Shown here one piece after another: positions 50,124 to 61,424 of a stretch of DNA of 64,000 bases. Numbering within the stretch: position 1 is the stretch's first letter; the number at the start of each line of letters is the position of its first letter. Source of the stretch: Eledone cirrhosa (lineage: Eukaryota); NCBI GenBank assembly GCA_964016885.1, contig OZ024743.1, positions 164,238,001-164,302,000 on the forward strand, in the 5' to 3' direction. A program made the position numbers and the translations under genes. The notes beneath the pieces are model-generated. The model was not told the origin of the DNA. It searched no databases and saw only the letters and a program-made list of their open reading frames with translations.

Positions 50124-51341
50124 AAACCGTTTGCTGTCCCGCACTCCTCCCTTTATTATAGTATAGATTAGGTGACCAGGTCTTGCTCATGTGTTCCATT
50201 GTGGCATGGTTTCTATGGCTGAATGCTCTTCCTAATGTCAACCACTTGCAACATGGACTTTTAAATCTAGCATATTCCATCCTTCTCCAGGTTGGAACAC
50301 AGCTGATTTCTTCTAGAGAAATAGAGAGAAAGCAAAGGACATATGGAGGAAGAATCCACCCAGTATTGAACTGGTACTTTATCAACCACGTAAAGATGAA
50401 ATACAAAGTTGACTTCAGCAAAATTTAAACTCAATAGTGCAAAGAATCAGAACAAATATGGCAAAGCACTGTATTCAATGTTCTAAAAACTCTGCCACTT
50501 CACTGCCTATTTTTAGCTGTATCCAACAGTATATTATCTTTTGTTTCTCTCCCTTTTTAAAGAAAATCTGATTTTAAATGGATTTGGCTGCTAATTCTAG
50601 CCATTTGAGCAACTCAGTAGATGTTCCTTATTAGCTTTTAAACTGGATGTCCTTCATATCACAACCACTTAACAAAGTGTACTGATACATTTTATTGTGT
50701 CACGGACACGAGAGAGGTTGTCATGTTCTTAACCAGGCTAAAGAGCCATCTCTACCCTTTTGGGCATGGTTTTATGGCCAGATGCATTTTATCATGTCAC
50801 CAGCACTAGAGAGGTTGTCATGTTCTCCATAAGAACAAAGATCCTTCTCTGCACATATTATCAACTATTCAGAGAAAGAAGAACCATTCCTCTAAGATAG
50901 AGGAGTTAAAGGGGGAGGACACCATGACTTGTGGGTTCCTGCCTTCTCTAAAGAAACCAAAAATAAGCTCTGGTCTTCTGATTCTCTTGGGGTTATTAGA
51001 AAGGTTACTTTCATAAAGTTAAATTCTACTGGAGTAGCCTGTACATATTGATCAAGAGAGATCAATACCTATTGGCTACTGCAGGAGCATTTAATATTGT
51101 TGAACAATAAACATCCCAAGATATTTTGCTATGTTCATAAACAAAAGAAACATGGCCTTTAATCTCTTTTGTGATGAACTGACTAGAAAGGGGAATGGAA
51201 AACAAAGTATTTTCTGCTAACATTAGAGATGTACACATACAAAAGCAGAGTCATGGTTAGAGTGTTGACACTGTGGCTTCAAAATATTCATACTATTTTC
51301 ATAACTTGTGGTTTTGAGAGTGTTTTTTTTTCTTCTTCTAG

Positions 51342-51544
51342 ATTTCATCCTGGATAACAATGATATTGATCCTCTTTGTCCTTGGAAACCATACCTCATC
51401 AATAAACACACATTCTTCAACCATGTGTTGCGTACTTGGCACCAATGTTTGGATGTAGATCTTGAAAGTAGTAATGTGGAAGATATGTACAAGATTTTCA
51501 GTACCCTTATTTCTGGCAGGCAAAGTTTTGTTAATATTGATCAG
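51342..51544 (+). CDS. GEMIN5: GEMIN5 exon 5 of 7 (phase 1 to 0)
   Basis: Long pyrimidine tract then CTAG, GTAAAG donor; DFILDNNDIDPLCPWKPY...VNIDQ; phase-compatible. Confidence 0.82.
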
Positions 51545-51769
51545 GTAAAGACATTTATATATTTCTCTCTGTAGAATCATTTTTTTCTTCTTTTTTTTTC
51601 TTTCTTTTATTTTTATTTTGTGAGGCAGATCGTATTAGTCAGAGAAGAACAGTGTCAGTGACTATTTTGCTGTGTCTCAAAGCCAGGTGGTGTAGTAAAG
51701 GTGTAACAAACTACATGGGTTGTTATAGTAGAAAAGAGCACATGAAGATGTCAAGTATTCCTCAGAGTG

Positions 51770-52156
51770 GAGTCCTAGTCAGAAATACTTGAGAATAGTC
51801 AGCTTTCACATGTACTCTCAGATCTCGAATAATCATTGTTGCCGTCCCCGGTGCTTATTAATTTTTCAGATTTTTTAATGGTTAAATAGGTGGTATTTGA
51901 AGTCAAGTTTAGATGTTTAGTTTATATCTGGCTTGGGTTGAGATTAGTTACGCTTTTCTGAGTGGGTTTTGTTTATGGAGTATGGTCATCACAGATCTTA
52001 TTTGTATGTCTGTCATCACCATCATCATCATCATCATTAAAAAATCATTAAAAAATCTGAAAAATTGATAAGCACCGGGGACGGCAACAATGATTATTCG
52101 AGATCTGAGAGTACATGTGAAAGCTGACTATTCTCAAGTATTTCTGACTAGGACTC
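51770..52156. repeat. 111-bp inverted duplication
   Basis: 51770-51880 versus 52046-52156, 1 mismatch. Confidence 0.9.
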
Positions 52157-52276
52157 TATATATATATATATATTTAGTAGTTAAGCAAATCAAGACCACA
52201 AGTTCACATAGAAGACATTAGTCGAAAAGTATCAACATTAAGTGCAGTTTAATATAAAAAGGGGGGTAATAATATC

Positions 52277-52401
52277 AGTTTACAATTGTTTCACTACTCC
52301 ATATAATGTTTCTGGATCAATCAATGGTAATATCGTTATTGATTTGGTGCAGAGAAAGATAATTAACATAGAATAATATTATGGAACAGCTCCTCAGAAC
52401 T
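52277..52401 (-). ncRNA. Type I hammerhead with long stem II (pLTR copy 1)
   Basis: AGTT-CTGAGGA-GCTGTTCCATA...TATGGAGTAGT-GAAACAATTGT-A-AACT. Confidence 0.8.
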
Positions 52402-53930
52402 TAAAGTTAGATAATGAAAATATTAATATGTATAAAGTAGAAATAAAATAAAATAAAATAAGAGGGTTACATGTTCGTAAATAATCGTCGGATTAGCAGG
52501 TCCCTAGATGGGGTCCCTTGGCACTGGAAAATTCAAGTGTATGTTATAAAGAACCGCTACATATCTGTCGAGGCTGAAAGTAAACAATGCCGCCAAACGC
52601 ACAAGATGGCTTCTTGTAGGGAAATTACCTTATTGTACAGAGATGGGTTTCAAGGGAGGCAACTCCTTGAATATCCAAAATGTGACAATGAGATATGTAA
52701 CTAAGATAATGTCAAAGAGGTAGCTTATAGGTAAAGTTATAATGAGATATGTGACTAAGATAATGCAAGGGAGGTAACTTATAGGTGTTTACGTGGTGGA
52801 CTAAATTTGTTTTAGTTTGTTAGTTATAGGGAGGAGCATGATTAACTGATAGGCTAAGTTGGGTCAAATATTCTGTTAGTGAAGGAGCTCGCTCTGCGGT
52901 GGTGGCAGTTGATCACTAACTCATTCCTGTCATTTATGGAGGGGGGGGGGCCTTGACAGAGTTATGTGATAGCCCTTGGTGAGACAGAGATCGCAACAAT
53001 TTCTTCTCCCGTTAAACGCTGGAGATCTAGCCAAGTTAGTGAGTGTTCAATGTTGGCCAGTTTAAGGTTTTTAATGAGCCTAGCTAGAGAAGTAGAGCAT
53101 CTATGGCCAGGGTCACGGAAGGAAAAAGAGTGCGTGTTATATTGAACCTTAAATGGGTTAGATGTAGAGCCAATATACGAGCTAGTAGATGAGGCCATTC
53201 TAACTGTGCACCTATCAGGGGTGACATCTAGGAAATTCACTACGTTATGATTAGGTTCGATGGTAATCGATAGACCATTATTTTTAAAGAATCTATGTAG
53301 TTGCTTTTTGAGCAAGTCAATGCTGCGATTCGTGCAGTTGTGGACTGCAAATAGGGCGTCGTCCCTATATAATCCACCTTGCAAAATTGGGAGCTCAGCA
53401 CTAATGTTATGTAAGAGGTAGATTCCAACTAAGTCCGTGACTTGCGCAGAATCGCTAGAGCCCATCGTGATGTCAAAATTATCGGTTCTGTCTTTTCTTG
53501 TCCAGAACGAACCATTGAACTCAATAATGGTCTGCCTAGCCATAAGAATGATGTCAATCTCTTTATAAGTTATGTCTGACTTAGTGCGAGCTAAGGTTAA
53601 GCAGTGCCAGGGATATGGAAGCGTAGTAACTGTCAATGTCGAATTGGAGAAACCTCATCGAGTCAATGGACCCAAGATCTGAGAACCATCTAATGACCTG
53701 GCCGGTGTTAGACCACAGTTTATAGGTTATACCGTCTTGCATTCCAGGGATGATTCTATCGAGAATTCAGCTTCGACAGATATGTAGCGGTTCTTTATAA
53801 CATACACTTGAATTTTCCAGTGCCAAGGGACCTGCTAATCCGACGATTATTTACGGACATGTAACCCTCTTATTTTATTTTATTTTATTTCTACTTTATA
53901 CATATTAATATTTTCATTATCTAACTTTTA

Positions 53931-54055
53931 AGTTCTGAGGAATTGCTCCATAATATTATTTTATGTTAATTATCTTTCTCTGCACCAAATCAATAACGAT
54001 ATTACCATCAATTGATCCAGAAACATTATATGGAGTAGTGAAACAATTGTAAACT
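53931..54055 (+). ncRNA. Type I hammerhead with long stem II (pLTR copy 2)
   Basis: AGTT-CTGAGGA-ATTGCTCCATA...TATGGAGTAGT-GAAACAATTGT-A-AACT. Confidence 0.8.
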
Positions 54056-54303
54056 GATATTATTACCCCCTTTTTTATATTAAACTGCACTTAATGTTGA
54101 TACTTTTCCACTAATGTCTTCTATGTGAGCTTGTGGTCTTGATTTGCTTAACTACTGAATATTTCCAGCTCTGTACACCTAACCTCCGCATGAACCCAGT
54201 TTGCCAACTGTTTTCCACTGCATATTGCACATCGAGCACCCACCTCTAAGCTTTGGCTTCTAATACTTTCGCCAATCTCTCCAAGATTGGTTTACTCTTG
54301 AAC

Positions 54304-54345
<42 letters not shown>

Positions 54346-54546
54346 CATCACCGTTTAACATCCACACTGGCATGGGTTAGACAGGTTAGGTCAGGTGACC
54401 ATGTCTTGCTGTTTCTAACTTGGTTTCTATAGCTGGATGCCCTTTCTAATGTCAACCTCTTTACACTGTGTACTAGGTCCTTTTTATCATGACAACTACA
54501 CAACCACTTTATGTATATAAGCAGTAGCGCTAACAGTATAATTCAT

Positions 54547-54918
54547 AATAGAGGTGTATTTGAAGGCATATACAATATGTTTATGTATAATAAACATATA
54601 TATGTCTTGTATGGGTGATCTTAAGCAGTGATCTTATCACAACTATCTCAGTGTCTTTGTGAGAATGCTATGCTAGTGTTACTGCTAATTAATTCTAGAC
54701 AGTGAAGCTCGCGCTATATGCAAATGAGTATCTCCAACGTGTTTTATATGCAAAAAGTATATAAACAACAGTTTATTCTAATCTCAGTACCAAGTGGGTA
54801 GACATCACTGATGTTAAATAAAAAAAATTTGAAACACAAGTGTCTAGAATTCTCACACGGTTACTGATCACATTATACATAAACATATCGCATGTACCTT
54901 CATACACACCTCTGTTAA
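54547..54918. mobile_element. MITE with ~47-bp imperfect TIRs
   Basis: TAATAGAGGTGTATTTGAAGG...ATGTTTATGTATAAT versus ATTATACATAAACAT...CCTTCATACACACCTCTGTTA. Confidence 0.65.
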
Positions 54919-55256
54919 TGTATATACATATTTGTTTGTGTGTGTGTGTGTGTATATATGTGTGTGTGTATGTATGCATATATAATTACACAGAGATATA
55001 CAGAAATCGCAAGAAATACACATAAGAATGAATGCCTATTGGATGAGGTGAACATAGTGCATCTTAATTAAGACATTATTTGAAGTTAATGAGTAAATTG
55101 TAATCAATACCACAATAGAGGAAATTTCCTTTTAATATTTACTGATTATTGACCTTTTTTTTATTACATTCATAACAAGCTAATAATGATAGTCATCTGT
55201 CAGATTGATTATTCAGTTCATGATTGTAAGGCAATGAGTTTGATTTATATATTTCA

Positions 55257-55480
55257 TGTAAAGTGGTAATGCTGGTGTCACAATAAAATGTACCTAGTAC
55301 TCTCTGTAAAGTGGTAGTGTTGATGTCACAATAAAATCTACCTAGTACACTCTAAAGTTGTAGTACTGGTATTACAATAAAATGCACCCTGTACACTATG
55401 TAAAGTGGTAAATACTGGTGCCATGATAAAATGCACTCAGTACACTCTGTAAAGTGATAGTGCAGATGTCTCAATAAAAT
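55257..55480. repeat. ~47-bp minisatellite resembling an RTE 3'UTR module
   Basis: About 5 copies of TGTAAAGTGGTAGTGCTGGTGTCACAATAAAATGCACC.AGTACACTC. Confidence 0.8.
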
Positions 55481-55553
55481 TTGTCCATAAGTTCATGGGT
55501 GGTGTGGTGGTGGCAGCACTATATTATTTATTATTTTTATGTTTCTGTTGCAG

Positions 55554-55716
55554 CTTTTGATGCAGAACTGTATGGACCTGACTTTGTGCATGTTGTCTCT
55601 TCTGCAAGCAGAAACAACTGCATCAATTAAACATTTGCTGCAAGCTATGGTAAACCTTCATGATGCAAGTCAATTCCAGTTGTTGCAAATCATTTCACAA
55701 CTGTGCCTTCCACAAG
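55554..55716 (+). CDS. GEMIN5: GEMIN5 exon 6 of 7 (phase 0 to 1)
   Basis: TTGCAG/GTAAGC; LLMQNCMDLTLCMLSLLQ...LCLPQG. Confidence 0.85.
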
Positions 55717-55728
55717 GTAAGCCAACCC

Positions 55729-55825
<97 letters not shown>

Positions 55826-55929
55826 AAAACGACAGACAGTCTACCTAGAAACTTTCTTTAAAATTTTAATTCTGTGAAAACACTAAACATATTTCAATAG
55901 CCCAGTTTCATCATGATGCAAGACTTAGG

Positions 55930-56083
55930 TGATTGCAGAATTAGTTCTATAAGATGACAGGATTACAGCGATCACAGAGAATAGAGGACAGATTTGGTTC
56001 AAGGATGGATTCCAATTCAGTGTTATTGTAAGAGCAAACCATCCCCGTAATCCTGTTATCTTATATAACTAATTCTGCAATCA
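55930..56083. mobile_element. Small MITE-like inverted repeat (~38-bp arms)
   Basis: TGATTGCAGAATTAGTTCTATAAGATGACAGGATTAC / GTAATCCTGTTATCTTATATAACTAATTCTGCAATCA. Confidence 0.65.
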
Positions 56084-56325
56084 GTTTGGCCTTCTGTTGT
56101 TTTTAATGAATAATTAACTCTGTTCCAACACAGCCATGTGATACCACGTCTGCGATGGGTGATTTGCATAACGTTGAGTGCATCATCATTTACTAACCGG
56201 AGTCACCAGTACTACCCATTGGTAAACAACATAACATAAATGGTGTATATATATATATGTGTGTGTGTGTGCATAGAACAATGAAAAAAAGACAGAAATC
56301 AAATGTAGGTAGTTAATTAGTTCAT

Positions 56326-56456
56326 TGTTTTACAATTGTTTCAGAGGTTCGATTGATCGTGGAAGATCGATGTATTGGCTAGCATGGTAGTGGTTAAGCC
56401 ACTACACATTTCTAGTCTCAAAATTCTTGTTCAATTGGCCACCTTCTTCAGAAACA
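56326..56456 (-). ncRNA. Type I hammerhead with long stem II (Penelope pLTR relic)
   Basis: TGTTT-CTGAAGA-AGGT...ACCTCT-GAAACAATTGT-A-AAACA. Confidence 0.7.
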
Positions 56457-56714
56457 TTAAACTGTGATTATATTTGCTGCATATAAAGAGGTGGAGGCAT
56501 GTAATTTGTGTCCCAATGATTGCTGTAATAGGAGAGAGGGGGATGTGTGAGATAAGAGTAGTAGACATAGAAAGTATATAAGGGTGTGTAAAGAAAAATA
56601 GATAATAAAAATAATAACAAGAAGAAGAAGAATCGTGGTTGTAATTCTTGTACTTATAATAATAATAGCAGTAATGATAGTAGATAGGATATGGGTATTG
56701 TGAAATGGGCTACT

Positions 56715-57947
56715 TGAAAAGGACTCCAACGACCAGATTCAGTTGTCATTTGGCCATATCATTGACACAGAACAAGAACTGATTGCCAGAGTGTTTCCAA
56801 ACATTCAGATCAGACAATGTGATCCAAAATGTCTCTGGGAACGAGCAATCTTAGCGCCGAAAAATATTGCTGTAAAAGAAATCAACAGAAGGCTGCTGGT
56901 CATGTTACCGGGATAGAAAAGGTGCTACAAACCAGTTGACACAACCACTTCCCAAGACCAGGTTGTAAACTACCCAACTGAAATATGATGCCCAATGTCC
57001 TAGAAGCTGCAATCACTGTCAGGAAAATTTGCTGGTGACAATTGTTTCATTCCCAGAATAACTCTGAAGCCAACTGATTTGCCATTTGAATTTCAAAGAC
57101 TTCAATTTCCTATCAGACTCAGTTTTGCCATGACCATCAATAAATCTTAGGGGCAATCATTGAAAGTCGTTAGGTTGAACCTGGCAGATCCTGTCTTTGG
57201 CACTACAAAGGTTGGGAACCCTGATTGTCTCTTCAGTGTAGCACCACAGGGCAAAACCAAGAATGTTGTATATCTAGAGTCTTTGGAATGAGCAATATCG
57301 TAATTCCTGATTCAATGACAATAGATCCTAATTCATTAATCATATAGTTTGTAAGGAATTCTGAAGTTGCAACTTTACTGCATAATGTTACTTTGGAAGA
57401 ATATGCAGGCATTTCAGGGTACCTATGCTGTATAAAGTAATATAAGTGAGATCTTTTATAGGAGCTAGCTAGGTCTGTTTAAAATAGCAGCCAAATTTAT
57501 GTATGAAGCAAATGGAAAGGTTCTATGTGATACCTCGAAAGCAAATGCTTCACTCATTCATATACCAATGCTAAATTTATTTTTTTATTTTATTTTATTT
57601 ATGGTTTTCAAACTAGCCTTCACATGTTAAATTTCAGAAGTTCTGATTGTGCCCCCAAAAAAGATAAATATAAAATCTAAATGTATTTTTTTACCATGCC
57701 CTTTTTCACTGACAACATACCTAATGATCCATCTATGGCTGAAGCGTTATGTATGTTGACTGGACAAAACTAATAATGTTTATCTATATGAATCGCTTTG
57801 AACAAACGACAATGAATATTCTGCTATAATTCCTACTTTAGTTAAAATTCAGCAATCGTATTTCATTGGTCAAATATTTTGTAATATGTGCCAAAATATA
57901 TTGTAACTTTGATAAGATACCTGGGATTCACTGGGTATCTCTGCTAG
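56715..57947 (+). mobile_element. Helitron 3' fragment with PIF1-type helicase pseudogene
   Basis: ERAILAPKN, FIPRITL, FQRLQFPIRLSFAMTINKS*GQSL, KTKNVVY; terminal hairpin then CTAG-T. Confidence 0.9.
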
Positions 57948-57990
<43 letters not shown>

Positions 57991-58564
57991 ACATTAAATA
58001 TGGATTGAGAGGGACGAGGGTGTGTGGTTACTGATAACAAGTGTTAGAAAAAATAACACAAACAAGAGATAGACATTTTCCCTTCATCAGTTGTCTGCTA
58101 TTGGTCACAGATGTTTCAGCTCATTATACACAATACATCTATCCGTAGCGCACCCATAACTTATCAACAAGTTATGAGGGAAAAAAAGACGAAAAAGAGG
58201 CGATATCAGAGAGAGAGAAAGAAGAAAGAGGAAAAAAAAACATACTGATAGAAGGGGAAACACAGGACAATGGCACATGTAAGTAAGTAACCCAGGAGAG
58301 AGAGAGGTCGAAGTTAAAAAAAAGCAGTTGGGTTTAAGCCCAGGGGGCCTTATTAACAGCGAGAGAACACGTCTGTTGTTGATGAGAGGGGGAGAAAGGG
58401 AGGAGGAGAGAAAAGAGTTAATCCAAGAAGGTGGTCTGACCAGGAATAACAAAAACAAGCGAGATCGATAGAGAGGATGGAGCAGAGGTCAGAGCAATAA
58501 ATATGGATTGAGAAAGACAAGGCTGCGTGGTTACTTATAACGAGTGTTAGAAAAGAGAACACAA
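57991..58564 (-). mobile_element. Second, diverged copy of the retrozyme-like repeat (503-bp period)
   Basis: Terminal direct repeat about 57997-58061 and 58499-58564; ends at an (AC)/(TA) microsatellite. Confidence 0.78.
58077..58142 (-). ncRNA. Candidate non-circularly permuted hammerhead, copy 2
   Basis: AGATGT-A-TTGTGT ... CT-GAAACATCT ... AGACAA-CTGATGA-AGGG. Confidence 0.6.
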
Positions 58565-60219
58565 TATGTATATTCTTGTTCTTTTTCTTCTTATTATTAT
58601 TATTCTCCTCTCTCACCTTCTTCACTTATTCCTGTAGTGAAGAAAGTCATGCAAGCATGAAAAAAACACATAAAATGATGGTGACAATGATATATATATA
58701 TGCACACACACACATATGATCATCATCATCATTGTCATTTTAACATCCACTTTTCTTTCTAGCAAGGAATGCATAGGTCCATATAGTCAGGATTGCCTTT
58801 GACTCACATGGATTCACGTGTCTGTTTAACATGCCACTCAGTGATGACACGTAATATAGACTCATTCAAGCTGAGCACCTAGCCTCTCTCAGTTGGAAGA
58901 CCGACCTGTGTAGTGAAAAGCCACATCCTACACGAGGTACCTCTGGTGTAGCTATCATACGATAGTCTAGCAAAACAGGTCGGATCTAGAGGAGTAAGCC
59001 TTGGTAAAAATCCTCCTCGTCTCATTGTAAGCAATAGCTCATGCAACAATTATCAGTTTAATTAGATGACCTCGGCATTGTGAACACCTGTGGCTTCGCA
59101 GAGGATCAACTATTAATTTGACAATGAATTGACACAACTGCTCCAGTTAGTGGAGAAATCTATGTGTATGCAGGTGTGGTAAGTCACATATATTCTAACC
59201 ATTAGAAAAAAAGCAAAATGAATGCTTCACCTTCAAAAGAGTAGTGACTCATGAAGAGGATAATTAAGGATGGTTTTCTGAAGAGAATCGGAAAGAAAGT
59301 ACAGTTAAATAAGGTACTCAATATGTTAGAGAAGAAGCATATATATTTTATATAGAAATGACTTCTACACAACTAGAACTTTCATACAAATGCTATAATT
59401 TAGAATTGGTAGAGTAGTGGACAAAATCATCATCATGAACGTCACTTAATATCTATTCTCTGTTACTAATCCACTCTCTGCTATTTAATCTGAGCTACTG
59501 CCCTTTCGGATGAGCCAGGGACCACATCTTATATTCATTTCCACAGTTTACAGGCTGCATTTTATCATGGCACCAACACTAGGGAAGTTGTCATGTCTTT
59601 GACATAACTAAAGAGTTGTCTTGTCTTTTTGTTTCGCAAATCTCGTTTGATTGGATGACATTCCTATCACCAACCACTTTACAAAGTGTACTGGGTATGT
59701 TTTATCATAGCACCAACACTAGAAACGTTGTCATGTCTTTGACATAACTAAAGAATCTTCTCGACTCTTTGTTTGGTATGTTTACTTTGGTGATCTTACA
59801 ATATTTTAATTTCCTTTCAGTCTTCTGAGTTCAATTTTCACCAAAGTTCACTTAAAACTACACATATATATAAAAAATTGACATAAAACGATGATGATGA
59901 TATGTGATTTGTGTAAATGTATATAAATGTGCATCTAGGTCTGTGTGCATCTAGATCTTGATAAACTATGTCAGTCTTAAGTTCTAAGATGTCCATATGT
60001 TCATACTGGAGTCTTGCACAGAGTCAAAGCATCAATCATTGGTTAATGAAATGAGGTTTCGGGTCATCTAATGCCACTATCATCTGCTCTGTTTCATGAC
60101 CTTGATTTTTATCATTCTAAAGCAAAAAAGCTTTCTGGAACTGGCGCCTAGCCAGTGTGAAGGTATGTGACCTTGTGGTTAGAATGTTGTTCATCTTTTT
60201 ATTTTGCTTCCTTTTTCAG

Positions 60220-61424
60220 GTCCAAAATACCTATTAAAACTGCAACAAGAAGTAACTGCCATTAGAGTATTAATAACTATTGACAAAACTGGTGATGACC
60301 TCTCCAAGCTGGACACGACGCTCAAGATGAACACTACCAAACGATACCTCTCCGAACTAAAAGATGACAATCAAGTGTTCAATTCCAGTTTACGCTGCCG
60401 TGAATTAGATTGTGTACGCGCCTATTATTATGTCGGTGTGCTACGATATCTCTTTGATAAACAGCAGAGCCTTGAATCTACAACCATTCCATCACAACAG
60501 TCAGCAGTGTCAAATATTCTCCGGGTCAAATCTCGAACTGATGAAGATAATAATCCTTACACACTGTTTGAAACGCCATTGCTTGAGTTTGAAAGCATGA
60601 AACAAACAAAAGATAACAGTCCGATGGAGGAAGTTGACAATAACAACAGCAACAACAATAATAACAACATTGCTGGCAGTGTCGGCGATGGCATCAACTC
60701 AAATCAAAATAACAAACAGAACTGTAACAGCCAGGAGTGTTGTTATGACAATAGGGCAAGAACAGACTTTCAACTAAATTTTCATAAATTTAGATACTTA
60801 TCTAAATGTCTACTATGGGATATACAGGGCAAAAGATTTGCTTTGACAGAGAAATTAGGTTACATTCATAAAGCTATATCTCAGTTGCTTCTTGAACAGA
60901 AGCCCCAAAAGGAAAAGGCTGAGAATGGAAAGTTATGTGAGAAGAACGGTAATTCTAACAATGAAAATTTTCAGAAAACTGAAGACCTGCCTTCCCAGGA
61001 AAATGTGCGTCTTCAAACTCCTGATCTCATCCCTACTTGGCATGAGACCTCTATTCCTAGTCCCATACAGAGTGGAGCAAATAGTCCCACGGAAATTAAA
61101 GAGTTGCCTCTTCCCATTAATGAGATATTAGTTGACGAGCCACCATCCCATATAGCCACTCTAAGTCATTGCCTATCTCCATGTCAAGAGAATGAATCTT
61201 ATAAGGCTGTAACAAAACCACGAAAGGTCCTGTGGAAAGATGAACTCCCAGCTAGCAATCATTTGTGTCCCCTTCACAGGAAGTATGTCAATGTTCCCGA
61301 TGCCTGGTATGAGTATACTGTAGATGAAAAATACACAAAGCCATATATTACAATGGCAATACTACAAGATGAACAGGAGTTGGTGATGTCAGAGCTGAAA
61401 CAAGGTCCTGAAAACCCAACACAG
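60220..61424 (+). CDS. GEMIN5: GEMIN5 exon 7 of 7, 1205 bp (phase 1 to 0); gene probably continues beyond the window
   Basis: TTTTTCAG/GTAAGA; open frame 60204..61436, in phase with exon 6; assigned by continuity, not by a recognisable motif. Confidence 0.8.

Larger units (their letters stand above)
52172..54308 (-). mobile_element. Penelope-like element, internally deleted, with inverted pseudo-LTRs
   Basis: ORF 52962..53636: FDITMGS, GLYRDD, VNFLDVT joined directly to the GIY-YIG remnant YIGST; 52172-52578 is inverted at 53766-54160; (TA)n on both sides. Confidence 0.9.
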
